From: Anaerolineales bacterium UBA4823
GTDB taxonomy: Bacteria; Chloroflexota; Anaerolineae; Anaerolineales; UBA4823
NCBI GenBank assembly: GCA_002402275.1
Contig: DHFN01000025.1
Coordinates: forward strand, 1 to 36,236
Length of the DNA: 36,236 nucleotides
Direction of reading: 5' to 3'
Shown here: positions 9,048 to 17,800 of the stretch, piece after piece
Layout of the letters: the number at the start of each line of letters is the position of its first letter
Position numbering within the stretch: position 1 is the first letter of the stretch
Notes under the pieces: model-generated
The model's database searches: none
What the model saw: only the letters and a program-made list of their open reading frames with translations
What the model was told of the DNA's origin: nothing
Program-made: the position numbers and the translations under genes

Positions 9048-9119
9048 AACATTATTTCAAAAAACAACCCTTTTCCTCTGTGAGCCCTACCTAAAAATTC
9101 CAGAAATCGGAGGTAATAA

Positions 9120-10628
9120 ATGAACCAATTCATCGCCGCGATTGATCAAGGAACCACCAGTACTCGGTGTATCCTCTTTGATCACAATGCATCCATTCTA
9201 GCAAATGCCCAAAAAGAACATCATCAATTTTATCCTCAAGCTGGGTGGGTAGAACATGACCCTTTGGAAATTTGGGAACGTACCCAGGAGGTCATCCGGG
9301 GAATGCAACAAACTAGCAATATCAATACCCGGGATATTGCAGCCATTGGAATCACTAACCAAAGAGAAACCACTCTCCTTTGGAATCCTAAAACTGGAAA
9401 ACCCTATTACAACGCCATAGTTTGGCAGGATACTCGAACGAAGGCAATTTGCGATGATTTAGAAAAAGAGGGAGGACAAGATCGTTTTCGCAGGCAGGTT
9501 GGTCTACCCTTAGCGACTTATTTTTCAGCCCCAAAAATAAAATGGCTTTTGGACAATCAACCACAACTAAGAAATGAAGCCAAAAATGGGAATGTCTTCT
9601 TTGGGAACATTGACACCTGGCTGATTTGGTGGTTATCGGGAGGACTTAATGGTGGAATTCATGTTACCGATGTTACCAATGCGAGTCGAACCATGTTGAT
9701 GAACTTAGAAACTCTGGATTGGGATGAAGAAATTATGCGCATTTTCGACATTCCGCGAAATATCCTTCCCCATATTGTTCCCTCCAGTCCAACGATGCCT
9801 TATGCCTTCACAACCAAAGATGGTCCGTTTTCAGCTGAAATTCCTATCGCCGGTGTTCTGGGAGACCAACAAGCTGCGTTAGTTGGACAAACATGTTTCG
9901 ATATCGGAGAAGCAAAAAACACTTATGGCACAGGATGTTTTATGCTCCTCAATACGGGGCAAAACGTTATTCAGTCCCAAAAAGGTCTGCTTACAACTGT
10001 AGCTTATCAGTTTGGGAATCAACCGGTAAATTATGCTTTAGAAGGCTCGGTAGCGATCACTGGCGCGCTGGTACAATGGTTACGGGATAATCTTGGTTTA
10101 ATCTCCAAATCACAAGAAATTGAAACTCTAGCACGAACCGTGGACGACAATGGGGGAATATACTTCGTGCCAGCCTTTTCCGGTCTGTTTGCCCCTTATT
10201 GGCGAGCAGATGCGCGGGGTGTGATCGTTGGTCTTTCCCGTTTTATCAATAAAGGTCATATTGCTCGGGCAGCTCTCGAAGCCACTGCTTTTCAAACCAA
10301 AGAAATTTTGGAGGCGATGCAGCTAGATTCAGGAGTAAATCTCAAGTCCTTAAAAGTAGATGGCGGGATGGTGGTCAATGAATTACTAATGCAATTTCAA
10401 GCGGATATTTTAGGCGTTCCAGTAATTCGTCCAACGATTACCGAAACGACTGCCTTAGGCGCCGCATTTGCAGCTGGATTATCAGTTCATTTCTGGGATA
10501 ATTTAGATGAATTACGCAAACACTGGAAAACCGAAAAAATTTGGCTTCCCCAGATGAGTGCGGAAGAACGCTCATGCCAATATACTCATTGGTTGAAAGC
10601 TGTCGAACGTAGTTTCAATTGGGTATAA
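9120..10628 (+). CDS. glpK: Glycerol kinase
   Basis: N-terminal [28 protein letters not shown] and GTGCF motifs of FGGY-family glycerol kinases. 502 aa. SD GGAGG lies upstream. Confidence 0.9.
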   Translation: MNQFIAAIDQGTTSTRCILFDHNASILANAQKEHHQFYPQAGWVEHDPLEIWERTQEVIRGMQQTSNINTRDIAAIGITNQRETTLLWNPKTGKPYYNAIVWQDTRTKAICDDLEKEGGQDRFRRQVGLPLATYFSAPKIKWLLDNQPQLRNEAKNGNVFFGNIDTWLIWWLSGGLNGGIHVTDVTNASRTMLMNLETLDWDEEIMRIFDIPRNILPHIVPSSPTMPYAFTTKDGPFSAEIPIAGVLGDQQAALVGQTCFDIGEAKNTYGTGCFMLLNTGQNVIQSQKGLLTTVAYQFGNQPVNYALEGSVAITGALVQWLRDNLGLISKSQEIETLARTVDDNGGIYFVPAFSGLFAPYWRADARGVIVGLSRFINKGHIARAALEATAFQTKEILEAMQLDSGVNLKSLKVDGGMVVNELLMQFQADILGVPVIRPTITETTALGAAFAAGLSVHFWDNLDELRKHWKTEKIWLPQMSAEERSCQYTHWLKAVERSFNWV

Positions 10629-10640
10629 AATCTTTCAGTA

Positions 10641-12023
10641 ATGACCTCGGAAACAAGCCTTAACCCGAATATAAAATGGTTTGTGTTGGTTTCTATCGGA
10701 GTCGGAACATTTATGACTGCTCTGGATATCAGCATTATCAATACTATCCTTCCGATTGTAACCAAAGCATTCCAGGCTCCCGTCAATCAAACCGAATGGA
10801 TCTCCTTGATTTATTTATTACTGGTCAGTGGATTACTCCCTAGTTTCGGCCGATTAGGAGATCTAAAAGGTCACAAGAACATTTATCTGATTGGATTTTC
10901 CCTTTTCATTTTGGGATCACTTTTATGTGCTTTATCTCCGGCGATTTATTTTCTGATCTTGTCACGTAGCCTTCAGGCAATTGGGGCTGCAATGCTTTCT
11001 TCAAACTCGCCGGCAATCCTCACAAAGAACTTTCCTTCCACCCAACGTGGTCAGGCATTAGGGCTCCAGGCAACCATGACTTATCTAGGGTTAACAGTTG
11101 GCCCAATTTTAGGAGGATGGTTAACTGAGCTCTATGGCTGGCGAAGTGTTTTTACTATCAATATTCCAGTAGGAATAATTGCTTTTTTGTTGAGCTTATA
11201 TTTAATTCCCAATGAAAAACCACATCCCGAAGAAATCAGGTTTGATTATCAGGGTGCAGTTTTTTTCCTTGGAGGTTTTACATCGTTACTACTGGGTTTA
11301 AGTATGGCTTCGGAATGGGGTTGGTTGTCCGTTCCAACAATAATTACTTTAGCACTAGCAATTATATTGCTTGGCATTTTTATCTGGACAGAAAAAAGCA
11401 GTCAGTCTCCTATGTTAGATTTACACCTCTTCTCCCAACCAGGGATTTCCCATTCCATTTTTGCTGCCGTGCTAAATTATATGTGCGTTTATAGCAACTT
11501 ATTTCTCATGCCTTTTTATTTACTTCAAGGCCGGGGTTTGGTACCCTCAAAAGCCGGGTTAATTATTTCCATTCAACCTCTAATCATGTCAATCATCGCT
11601 CCCGTAAGTGGGTCATTGTCAGATAAAATTGGCACCAAATTACCAGCATTTCTGGGGATGCTTGGATTAGCCGTTGGGACAATCTTGCTATCCACAATCA
11701 ACGACACCACATCTATCTGGTTAATCCTCACTTATTTGGCAATTTCAGGATTGGGAATTGGCTGTTTTCTTCCTCCAAACAGCAGCGCAATCATGGGTTC
11801 TGCTCCGTTAAATCAAACCGGAATCGCAGCTGGGTTACTCGCCACAGCCCGTAACGTAGGCATGGTCTTGGGAATTGGTATCTCAGGTGCAGTATTTACC
11901 ACAACCTTAACAAAACATCATTCGGCTATTTCCGGGATCTTTTCAGCTGTCCAGGCTGGATTTTTAACAGCCTTTGTAATCTCTATCCTCGGTGTCTTAG
12001 TTACTGGCTTTGGGAAAAGCTAA
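10641..12023 (+). CDS. MFS transporter, DHA2/EmrB-like (about 14 TM segments)
   Basis: Highly hydrophobic 460-aa protein with the MFS loop motif GRLGDLKGHK and the TALDISIINTILP N-terminal pattern typical of DHA2 drug:H+ antiporters. It starts 12 nt after glpK. Confidence 0.8.
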   Translation: MTSETSLNPNIKWFVLVSIGVGTFMTALDISIINTILPIVTKAFQAPVNQTEWISLIYLLLVSGLLPSFGRLGDLKGHKNIYLIGFSLFILGSLLCALSPAIYFLILSRSLQAIGAAMLSSNSPAILTKNFPSTQRGQALGLQATMTYLGLTVGPILGGWLTELYGWRSVFTINIPVGIIAFLLSLYLIPNEKPHPEEIRFDYQGAVFFLGGFTSLLLGLSMASEWGWLSVPTIITLALAIILLGIFIWTEKSSQSPMLDLHLFSQPGISHSIFAAVLNYMCVYSNLFLMPFYLLQGRGLVPSKAGLIISIQPLIMSIIAPVSGSLSDKIGTKLPAFLGMLGLAVGTILLSTINDTTSIWLILTYLAISGLGIGCFLPPNSSAIMGSAPLNQTGIAAGLLATARNVGMVLGIGISGAVFTTTLTKHHSAISGIFSAVQAGFLTAFVISILGVLVTGFGKS

Positions 12024-12029
12024 TTTTTT
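12018..12029. repeat. Left copy of the target-site duplication (AGCTAATTTTTT)
   Basis: Identical 12-mer at 19718-19729. It abuts the left terminal inverted repeat and contains the MFS stop codon (TAA 12021-12023). Confidence 0.75.
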
Positions 12030-12040
12030 AGCCACCATAC
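12030..12040 (+). repeat. Left terminal inverted repeat of the insertion (AGCCACCATAC)
   Basis: Exact reverse complement is present at 19707-19717, and a same-orientation copy at 19071-19081. Confidence 0.75.
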
Positions 12041-12164
12041 GCTTTTGATGTTCAGTCTGGTAAAGAGGATCATTGCCCATAGGTAATGGTGATCTCAAAG
12101 TGATGACTGTCCCGCCGTAGCCAAGTGAAACCATTTTGATCTGTACTACTATCCCGGAATACAT

Positions 12165-12425
12165 GTGCATCCGTGTGTCAAGCACTACGCAGGGGTAAGG
12201 GAGATCGCTGAAATGACCAGCAATATCCCTCACCCTTACGAAGAAGGTGTGGCTGAATTATGGATCAACAGCTATGCAGAAGCCTTTAGCCGTATTGAAT
12301 CGCTTCAGCTTGCCATCACCTTAGGCAAATCCAACCAGCTTATTGGTGCCATCGGTCTGAGCTTCGATTCACAAAACCGTTCTGCGGAACTTGGCTATTG
12401 GATTGGTGTTCCCCACTGGGATGGG
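12165..12425 (+). pseudogene. GNAT (RimJ/RimL-type) N-acetyltransferase fragment, 3'-truncated
   Basis: IPHPYEEGVAELWI....LAITLGKSNQLIGAIGLSFDSQNRSAELGYWIGVPHW matches the N-terminal two-thirds of Acetyltransf_3-type GNATs. The expected WGKGyatEA continuation is absent in all three frames after about 12425. The remainder of the 186-aa ORF is low-complexity read-through. Confidence 0.55.
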
Positions 12426-12620
12426 CCGTCTCCTAATGAAACCACTGCGCGGTTCAAGCCAGCATACGGTCCAGTAATCGTCAGTGTGGATAAAATGCTC
12501 TTATTTATATATTTAACCTCCTTCACAAACCTCTCCCTCTTTCCTGGCAGGAAAGAACGAAGGGATTCAATCAGGTCGGGGGAAGGAGAGGCGCGGTACA
12601 CAAAGTTCCTGGTCTATTTT

Positions 12621-12908
12621 CTAGGGCGACGAGTGATTTTTCAGGACGAGAGGAAGGAAGATACGATACTCAAACTCTCCGCACCAGTAGCCCAAGCAGC
12701 CCTTATAGTTAGTGCTGGCGGATGAGCCGATAGTTGTCTGCCCTATGGTAAAGTTGACCGCGTACTGAGCCGAGCTGGCTTGTCCCCCTCCCCCACCAGT
12801 CAATGGAACGAACCAGTCGAGATGGTAGTGGTCGGAAGACACCGCCTGGGCACTAGCGTTCAGCAGGAGCAAGACCGCTAGGGCTAAGAGTAACGCTATC
12901 CGTTTCAT
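12621..12908 (-). CDS. Small secreted protein of unknown function (95 aa)
   Basis: Signal peptide MKRIALLLALAVLLLLNASAQA. Three S-x-x-Y-containing units (SSDHYHLDW, SSAQYAVNFTIGQ, STNYKGCLGYW). C-terminal YRIFLPLVLKN. Starts 15 nt downstream of the 316-aa gene. Confidence 0.6.
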   Translation of the reverse strand: MKRIALLLALAVLLLLNASAQAVSSDHYHLDWFVPLTGGGGGQASSAQYAVNFTIGQTTIGSSASTNYKGCLGYWCGEFEYRIFLPLVLKNHSSP

Positions 12909-12922
12909 AGTGCGTCTCCTTC

Positions 12923-13873
12923 CTAGTAAGTGGTCTGCACGGTCAAGCGCACCCCGCCGATCGTGACATAGTCGCTATCGTTGTTAAAGAATAAACCAAG
13001 CCGAAGCGTGATGATACCCTGGCTCTGCGAGAGGGTGTTCAGTGCGCTGTCTGTTGCTAGATCGTAATTGGTAGCCGTGTTGTCCTGTTGGTTTGTGGTG
13101 TCATCAAACAGACTCACGAAGGAATCTGCGTCGGTTTGCTTGTACAGTTCCGTCTCACTAATATAGGCGTTGGCGCCATCCTGGCACTTGTAGTAAACCC
13201 TAATCCAAGTCACCCGTACCGGTTGTCCGTAAAGCACGGCGGGAATTGTGATCGGAAGCCGGATGTGCCTGGTACCCACAGTAGCGGATCCGGCATAGAA
13301 ATTAGTTGATCCCCCCGATGAGGTCCACCTAGTCGAATCATCGCTGGTGTTCTTGACGAACTCAGCGCTGGGGACAAAAACGTACGACGTGTCACCCTTG
13401 ATCACCGCCCCAGGATACACGGTGATAGCGTAAGGGACCGGATTGATCGGCTGGCGCGGCGTCATCTCTGGGTCATCGCCTACCTTGACGCCCAGGTAAA
13501 GTTGCTGACCGGTGATCGCCTGGTTCCAACAGAGCATGTTGATCATAAATAGTCCATTGGACACACTTACCGTACCATCGTAGCTACAAACCGCCGTCCC
13601 ACCGCTGAGTGCATCGTAAATATTTGCTACAATGGGGTAGTCACCGTTTAGCATATTTCCAGCGGCGTCGGTTAGCCGGCCTTGAATGGGTACATAGCTG
13701 AGCGTTGTCACTGCCGGACCGGTTTCCTCTTCCACGCTTGTCCCCCCCGCTCCAGCCTCTTGCCCGACTTCACCTTCCGGCGGCTGCGGCTCCTGTGCAA
13801 GACTCAGCCCCGCTGCCAGGGCGATGCCTAACAGCGTAACTAAAATGCTGATAAAAAACAATTGTCGTTTCAT
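12923..13873 (-). CDS. Secreted protein of unknown function (316 aa)
   Basis: Signal peptide (MKRQLFFISILVTLLGIALAAGLSLAQ) followed by an acidic/Gly-rich linker. The IQGRLTDAAGNMLNGDY....SNGLF....LYLGVKVGDDPEMTPRQPI..VPYA pattern is seen in uncharacterised secreted proteins. Strong SD GGAGG upstream. Confidence 0.65.
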   Translation of the reverse strand: MKRQLFFISILVTLLGIALAAGLSLAQEPQPPEGEVGQEAGAGGTSVEEETGPAVTTLSYVPIQGRLTDAAGNMLNGDYPIVANIYDALSGGTAVCSYDGTVSVSNGLFMINMLCWNQAITGQQLYLGVKVGDDPEMTPRQPINPVPYAITVYPGAVIKGDTSYVFVPSAEFVKNTSDDSTRWTSSGGSTNFYAGSATVGTRHIRLPITIPAVLYGQPVRVTWIRVYYKCQDGANAYISETELYKQTDADSFVSLFDDTTNQQDNTATNYDLATDSALNTLSQSQGIITLRLGLFFNNDSDYVTIGGVRLTVQTTY

Positions 13874-13969
13874 TTTTTACCTCCATATTGGGATTGTGGA
13901 TAAAATAGTCTTGATCTCTCCGCGGATAGTTGTCAGTCACCTTGACTCGTTAAACAGGATAACTCACTG

Positions 13970-14013
13970 ATGTCAATGACTGGTCACAAGTTTGTCGCAG
14001 TTTTGTCGCAATT
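13970..14013 (+). promoter_or_regulatory. Array of four 11-bp phased direct repeats (core TGTC; best units TTGTCGCAGTT, TTGTCGCAATT) upstream of the secreted-protein genes
   Basis: Units start at 13970, 13981, 13992 and 14003: ATGTCAATGAC, TGGTCACAAGT, TTGTCGCAGTT, TTGTCGCAATT. Read on the minus strand, the first unit overlaps a TTGACA -35-like hexamer (13971-13976) that faces the 12923-13873 gene. The arrangement resembles OmpR/PhoB-type boxes. Confidence 0.45.
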
Positions 14014-14123
14014 TACCGCTGGATTGTTGACAATGGATTTAAACACGGATATTCCAGGGGCGACTGGGGGTAGGTTTGGATTCCAGCCTTATGATTTTTC
14101 CGAAACTAATCCTTTAACCGCCC

Positions 14124-14831
14124 TTATCCCGGCTTCAAACGATAGCCAATCCCCTCCAATTTTTCGATCTGGATTCCTAGCTCCCCTAGCTTATTGTGAA
14201 GGCAACGGATAGCCTCATCAACAGTACCCTCGCCGTAGGCGTCTTCAGCTAATTCCATGATCTCCAAAAGATACATTCGGCCGAAAACCCTGCCCGGGTT
14301 GCGCAGCAGCAAACATAACAGGTCGAATTCAAGTGCGGTTAGCTCGACCGGTTTTCCGGCGATAGTCACCTGGCGCTGGCTGGGGTTCAGGGAAAGGTCG
14401 TGGTAAGCTAAGCAACGGGTGTGTTTTTTCCGGTCGGCGGAAACGATGCGCCGTACCCGTTCCACACGCCGTAGATGGGCACGTACCCGCGCTTCCAGCT
14501 CGCTGATTTTAAAGGGCTTGGTGATGGTCTCATCAGCGATCAAGCCCAGGGTGGTCATCTGGTCACTGTCCGGATCAAGCCTCCAGCTCTGAGAGGTAAA
14601 CATCAACACCGGGGTGGCTGATATCTGACGCAGGCGGTGCAGCACTTCCCTGCTATCCAATACGGGGATCACCCAATCAAGCAAGATCAAATCGGGCTGA
14701 TATTGAACGTATAGGTGCAAAGCGGACTGCCCGTCACTGGCATGGAAAACTCGATAGCCATACTTTTCCAGCCCTTGCACGATGAGCTGGGCTAGGGCAG
14801 CCTCATCTTCAACCAACAAGATCGTGGTCAT
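14124..14831 (-). CDS. OmpR/PhoB-family response regulator, divergent paralog (RR2)
   Basis: Receiver domain (ILLVEDE, DLILLDW, TKPF) plus a winged-helix C-terminus ending GIGYRLKPG. Relative to RR1 it has an insertion in the receiver (SWRLDPDSDQMTT) and a recognition-helix region with fewer basic residues (GTVDEAIRCLHNKL against RSVDNTILRLRKKL). Confidence 0.8.
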   Translation of the reverse strand: MTTILLVEDEAALAQLIVQGLEKYGYRVFHASDGQSALHLYVQYQPDLILLDWVIPVLDSREVLHRLRQISATPVLMFTSQSWRLDPDSDQMTTLGLIADETITKPFKISELEARVRAHLRRVERVRRIVSADRKKHTRCLAYHDLSLNPSQRQVTIAGKPVELTALEFDLLCLLLRNPGRVFGRMYLLEIMELAEDAYGEGTVDEAIRCLHNKLGELGIQIEKLEGIGYRLKPG

Positions 14832-14854
14832 CTCAAGAGAAGCATAACCGACGC

Positions 14855-14898
14855 CTGTCGGAAATCTGCCTCAGGATTGTCGCAGATTTGTCACAGAT
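14855..14898 (+). promoter_or_regulatory. Second array of four 11-bp phased direct repeats of the same motif, spanning the HK stop and the HK-RR2 spacer
   Basis: Units start at 14855, 14866, 14877 and 14888: CTGTCGGAAAT, CTGCCTCAGGA, TTGTCGCAGAT, TTGTCACAGAT. The array lies 24-67 nt upstream of the RR2 start codon (14831). The last 8 codons of the HK ORF are encoded by the repeats. Confidence 0.45.
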
Positions 14899-17800
14899 TT
14901 GGAGGCTGGTAGAGTTACCGTAAAGCAACTGCCCTCGCCAAGAGTGCTTTCTACTGTGGCTGTACCCCCCATCGCCTCGGTCAATTCCCTTACCAATGCC
15001 AGACCTAACCCGGCACCTCCTCCTGCCTGGCTCTGACCACGATAGAAACGTTCCCAAATGTAGGGAAGATCGGCAGGCGCAATACCTTCGCCGGTATCTT
15101 GCACAGCAATGGTTACCGTCTCCGGCTGGCAGTGCAGGCTGACGATCACGATCCCGCCTGGTAGCGTGTGCCGCACTGCGTTGTGTAGCAAGTTCATCAA
15201 CACCTGTAGCAGACGCTGCTCATCAGCTACAATGAAGATCTCATCCTGGCTAGTCTTCAGCAACAATTCCACTTTTCCTTGTTGCCAAGCTGGGGCAGCA
15301 AAAGTCTCTACCGCTCTGCGGGCTAAACTGACTAGGTCTAGCGGTTTAGGGGAAAGCGACAGGTGATCCACTTCGAGACGGGAAAGGGTGAACAGGTCAT
15401 CGAGCAAAGTTTGTAGGCGATCCAGCTCCTGGGAGATGACTTCCAACCGGTTGATCTGCGACTGCCCAGGTTGGCTACCTTCAAGTGCGGAATCCAGGTG
15501 GGCGCGCACGGTCGCCACCGGGGTGCGTAGATCGTGCGAGATAGAAGCCACTAGTTGACGGCGGGATTCGAGCAACGCAGCGATGCGGTCGCGCTCACCT
15601 TGTACCGCCCAGATGGTTTGCTTTATATGGCGCCGCTCTAGTTCCCTAACACGGTAACGCCAGGCAGCGGCGACAATTGCGGCTCCCATAAGAGCATACA
15701 AGCTATAAGCCCACCACGTTCGCCAGGGTGGGGGGGTGATAGTAACTTTGAGTGCAGTGCCGGATTCGTTCCATACCCCATCGTTATTAGAGCCTTTGAC
15801 CCGAAAGATATACGTGCCCGCCGGTAGATTAGCGTACGAGGCAAACCGCCGATTACTATCTACGACGATCCAATCCCGGTCGAAACCTTCTAGCATATAA
15901 GCGTATTGATTCTTGCTGGGGATGGTGTAATCCAGGGCGGCAAACTCAAATGAAAAAACGTAATCAATGTATGAGAGGGTGATCTCTTCGGTTTCACCAA
16001 TGGATTTCGTTAGTGGCAAGTCTTCTCCGATGGCAACTGGCTGGTTGAATATCTGGAAACCAGTCAGGATCACCGGTGGTAGGTGGGGATTATCTACAAT
16101 TTTAGCTGGGTTGAACACATTGAAGCCGTTGACGCCACCGAAGAACAACTCGCCTTTTGGGTTTTGATCGCATGCACCTCGATTGAATTCGTTGCTTTGC
16201 AAGCCATCACGCACATCGTAGTTCTTTACATTCGCAGTGCGCGGGTCGAATCTCGTAATCCCCTTACCTGAGCTGATCCATAGGAAACCAGAAGCATCTG
16301 CTAAGATACACCCGATGGCATCATTCGCCAATCCATCTTTTTCGGTGAAACTGGTAAAGGTTCCTGTCCCCCGGTCGAAGCGATTTAACCCATCATCGGT
16401 GCCGATCCAAAGGACTCCAGCAGAGTCTTCTTGGATTGCCGCAGCAGCATTGGAACTGAGGGAATTTGGATTGGTTGGGTTGTTACGATAATGCACAAAG
16501 TCTTGGGTTTGAGGGTCGAAGCGGTCTAACCCCTGGGTAGTGCCAACCCACAGGGTCTTGTTGTGGTCTTCATAGATTGCCAGGATGAAATCGCTGCTCA
16601 GACTAGCGAGGTCGTTAGGGTCGTGACGGTAGTGCGTGAAACGCTTGCTCTCCCGGTCAAAGAGGTTCAATCCACCACCCATCGTTCCTACCCAAAACGC
16701 GCCGTTCGAATCCTCCAAGATAGCCCAAACTTTGTTATTGCTCAAACTGGCTGGGTCGTCAGGGTCGTTGCAGTAGGTGGTGAAGCTCCCCGTTTCCCGG
16801 TCAAGGCGGCTCAATCCACCCTCGTAGCTCCCCACCCATAGCTCACCGCCTGAATCCTCATAAATGACCAGCACTGCTGTGGAGGGCAGGCTGGAAGGGT
16901 CCTCAGGGCTCTGTCGGTAATGGATGAACTGCCCGGTCTGGCGGTCAAGCAGGTCTAACCCGCCTTCTGGTCCGCTGGTGCCCACCCACACTCCGCCGGT
17001 TGCATCTTCGCGGATAGCCCAGATGGTGTTGCTGCCAAGACTGGTTTGATTCTCTGGATCGTTGCGATAGCGTTCGAAACGGCGCATCTTACGATCCAGC
17101 TTGTTCAGCCCAGCTACGGAAGTACCGATCCAAAGCACCCCCGATTCATCTGCGTACAATGCGGTGATGGTGTCAAAGCTCAAACTACCTAGGTCGCGCG
17201 GGTCGTTGAAATAATGGACAAACCTTACGCTTTGGCTAGCTTGCTCGCCATTTTGAGTATATTCGTTCAACCCGTTGGAAGTGCCTACCCACAATATACC
17301 CGAGGCGTCTTCGAATATAGCGGTGACTTCGTTAGAACTCAGGCTGGAAGAGTTTTTTGGGTCATTCAAGAAACGGGTAAAATCCTGTCGGAAGGGATGG
17401 AGCACGTTCAACCCGCCATTGGTGCCCACCCATAGTGTCCCGTTTTGATTAACGAAGAGCGCATTTACTTCATCATTGCTCAAGCTGCCAGCGTCGGAAG
17501 GATTATGGCGGTAATGGATAAACCGTCCTGTAACGGGATCGAACTGATTTAACCCTCCTCCCTTAGTGGCAATCCACAACCGGCTCGCTCTATCCTCACT
17601 AATAGCACTAACCGTATCACTGCTCAGGCTGGATGGATCATCAGGATTATGCTGAAATTGAAGGAATTTTCCAGTACCCTGGTCGAGCCGATTCAATCCA
17701 CCACCATCTGTGCCAACCCAGATATTCCCACCTGCACTTATATAAACAGAAGTGACAGTATCATGGCTTAAGCTGGTCGGATCCTCGGGGTCGTGGCGAT

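Noticed and set aside
198-11000. Short antisense or alternative-frame ORFs inside the hdr/mvh genes, glpK and the MFS gene (for example 198-404, 391-624, 1592-1915, 2906-3130, 5479-5677, 9893-10090, 10586-10786).
   Set aside because: Each is nested in a longer ORF with clear family motifs. None has an SD or recognisable domains.
11997-12233. Minus-strand 78-aa ORF spanning the MFS 3' end, the TSD and the left IR.
   Set aside because: It overlaps the well-supported MFS gene antisense and crosses the insertion junction. It has no recognisable motifs or SD, so it is most likely spurious. The part inside the IR could be a relic of a transposase 3' end, but I cannot show that.
12530-12591. Nested imperfect palindromes (CCTCTCC...GGAGAGG, with inner TCTTTCC-TGGCA-GGAAAGA) as the terminator of the secreted-protein operon.
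   Set aside because: The stems are short and AT/CT-rich, the outer arms are 48 nt apart, and no U-tract follows on the minus strand. That is not convincing enough to call.
12426-12725. The 3' two-thirds of the 186-aa ORF 12165-12725 as real coding sequence.
   Set aside because: GNAT similarity ends near 12425. The remainder is low-complexity read-through, runs antisense into the 95-aa gene, and crosses the composition boundary.
13970-14212. Plus-strand 80-aa ORF in the RR2/secreted-gene spacer.
   Set aside because: It has no SD, overlaps the RR2 3' end antisense, and covers the repeat array. It is better explained as regulatory DNA.
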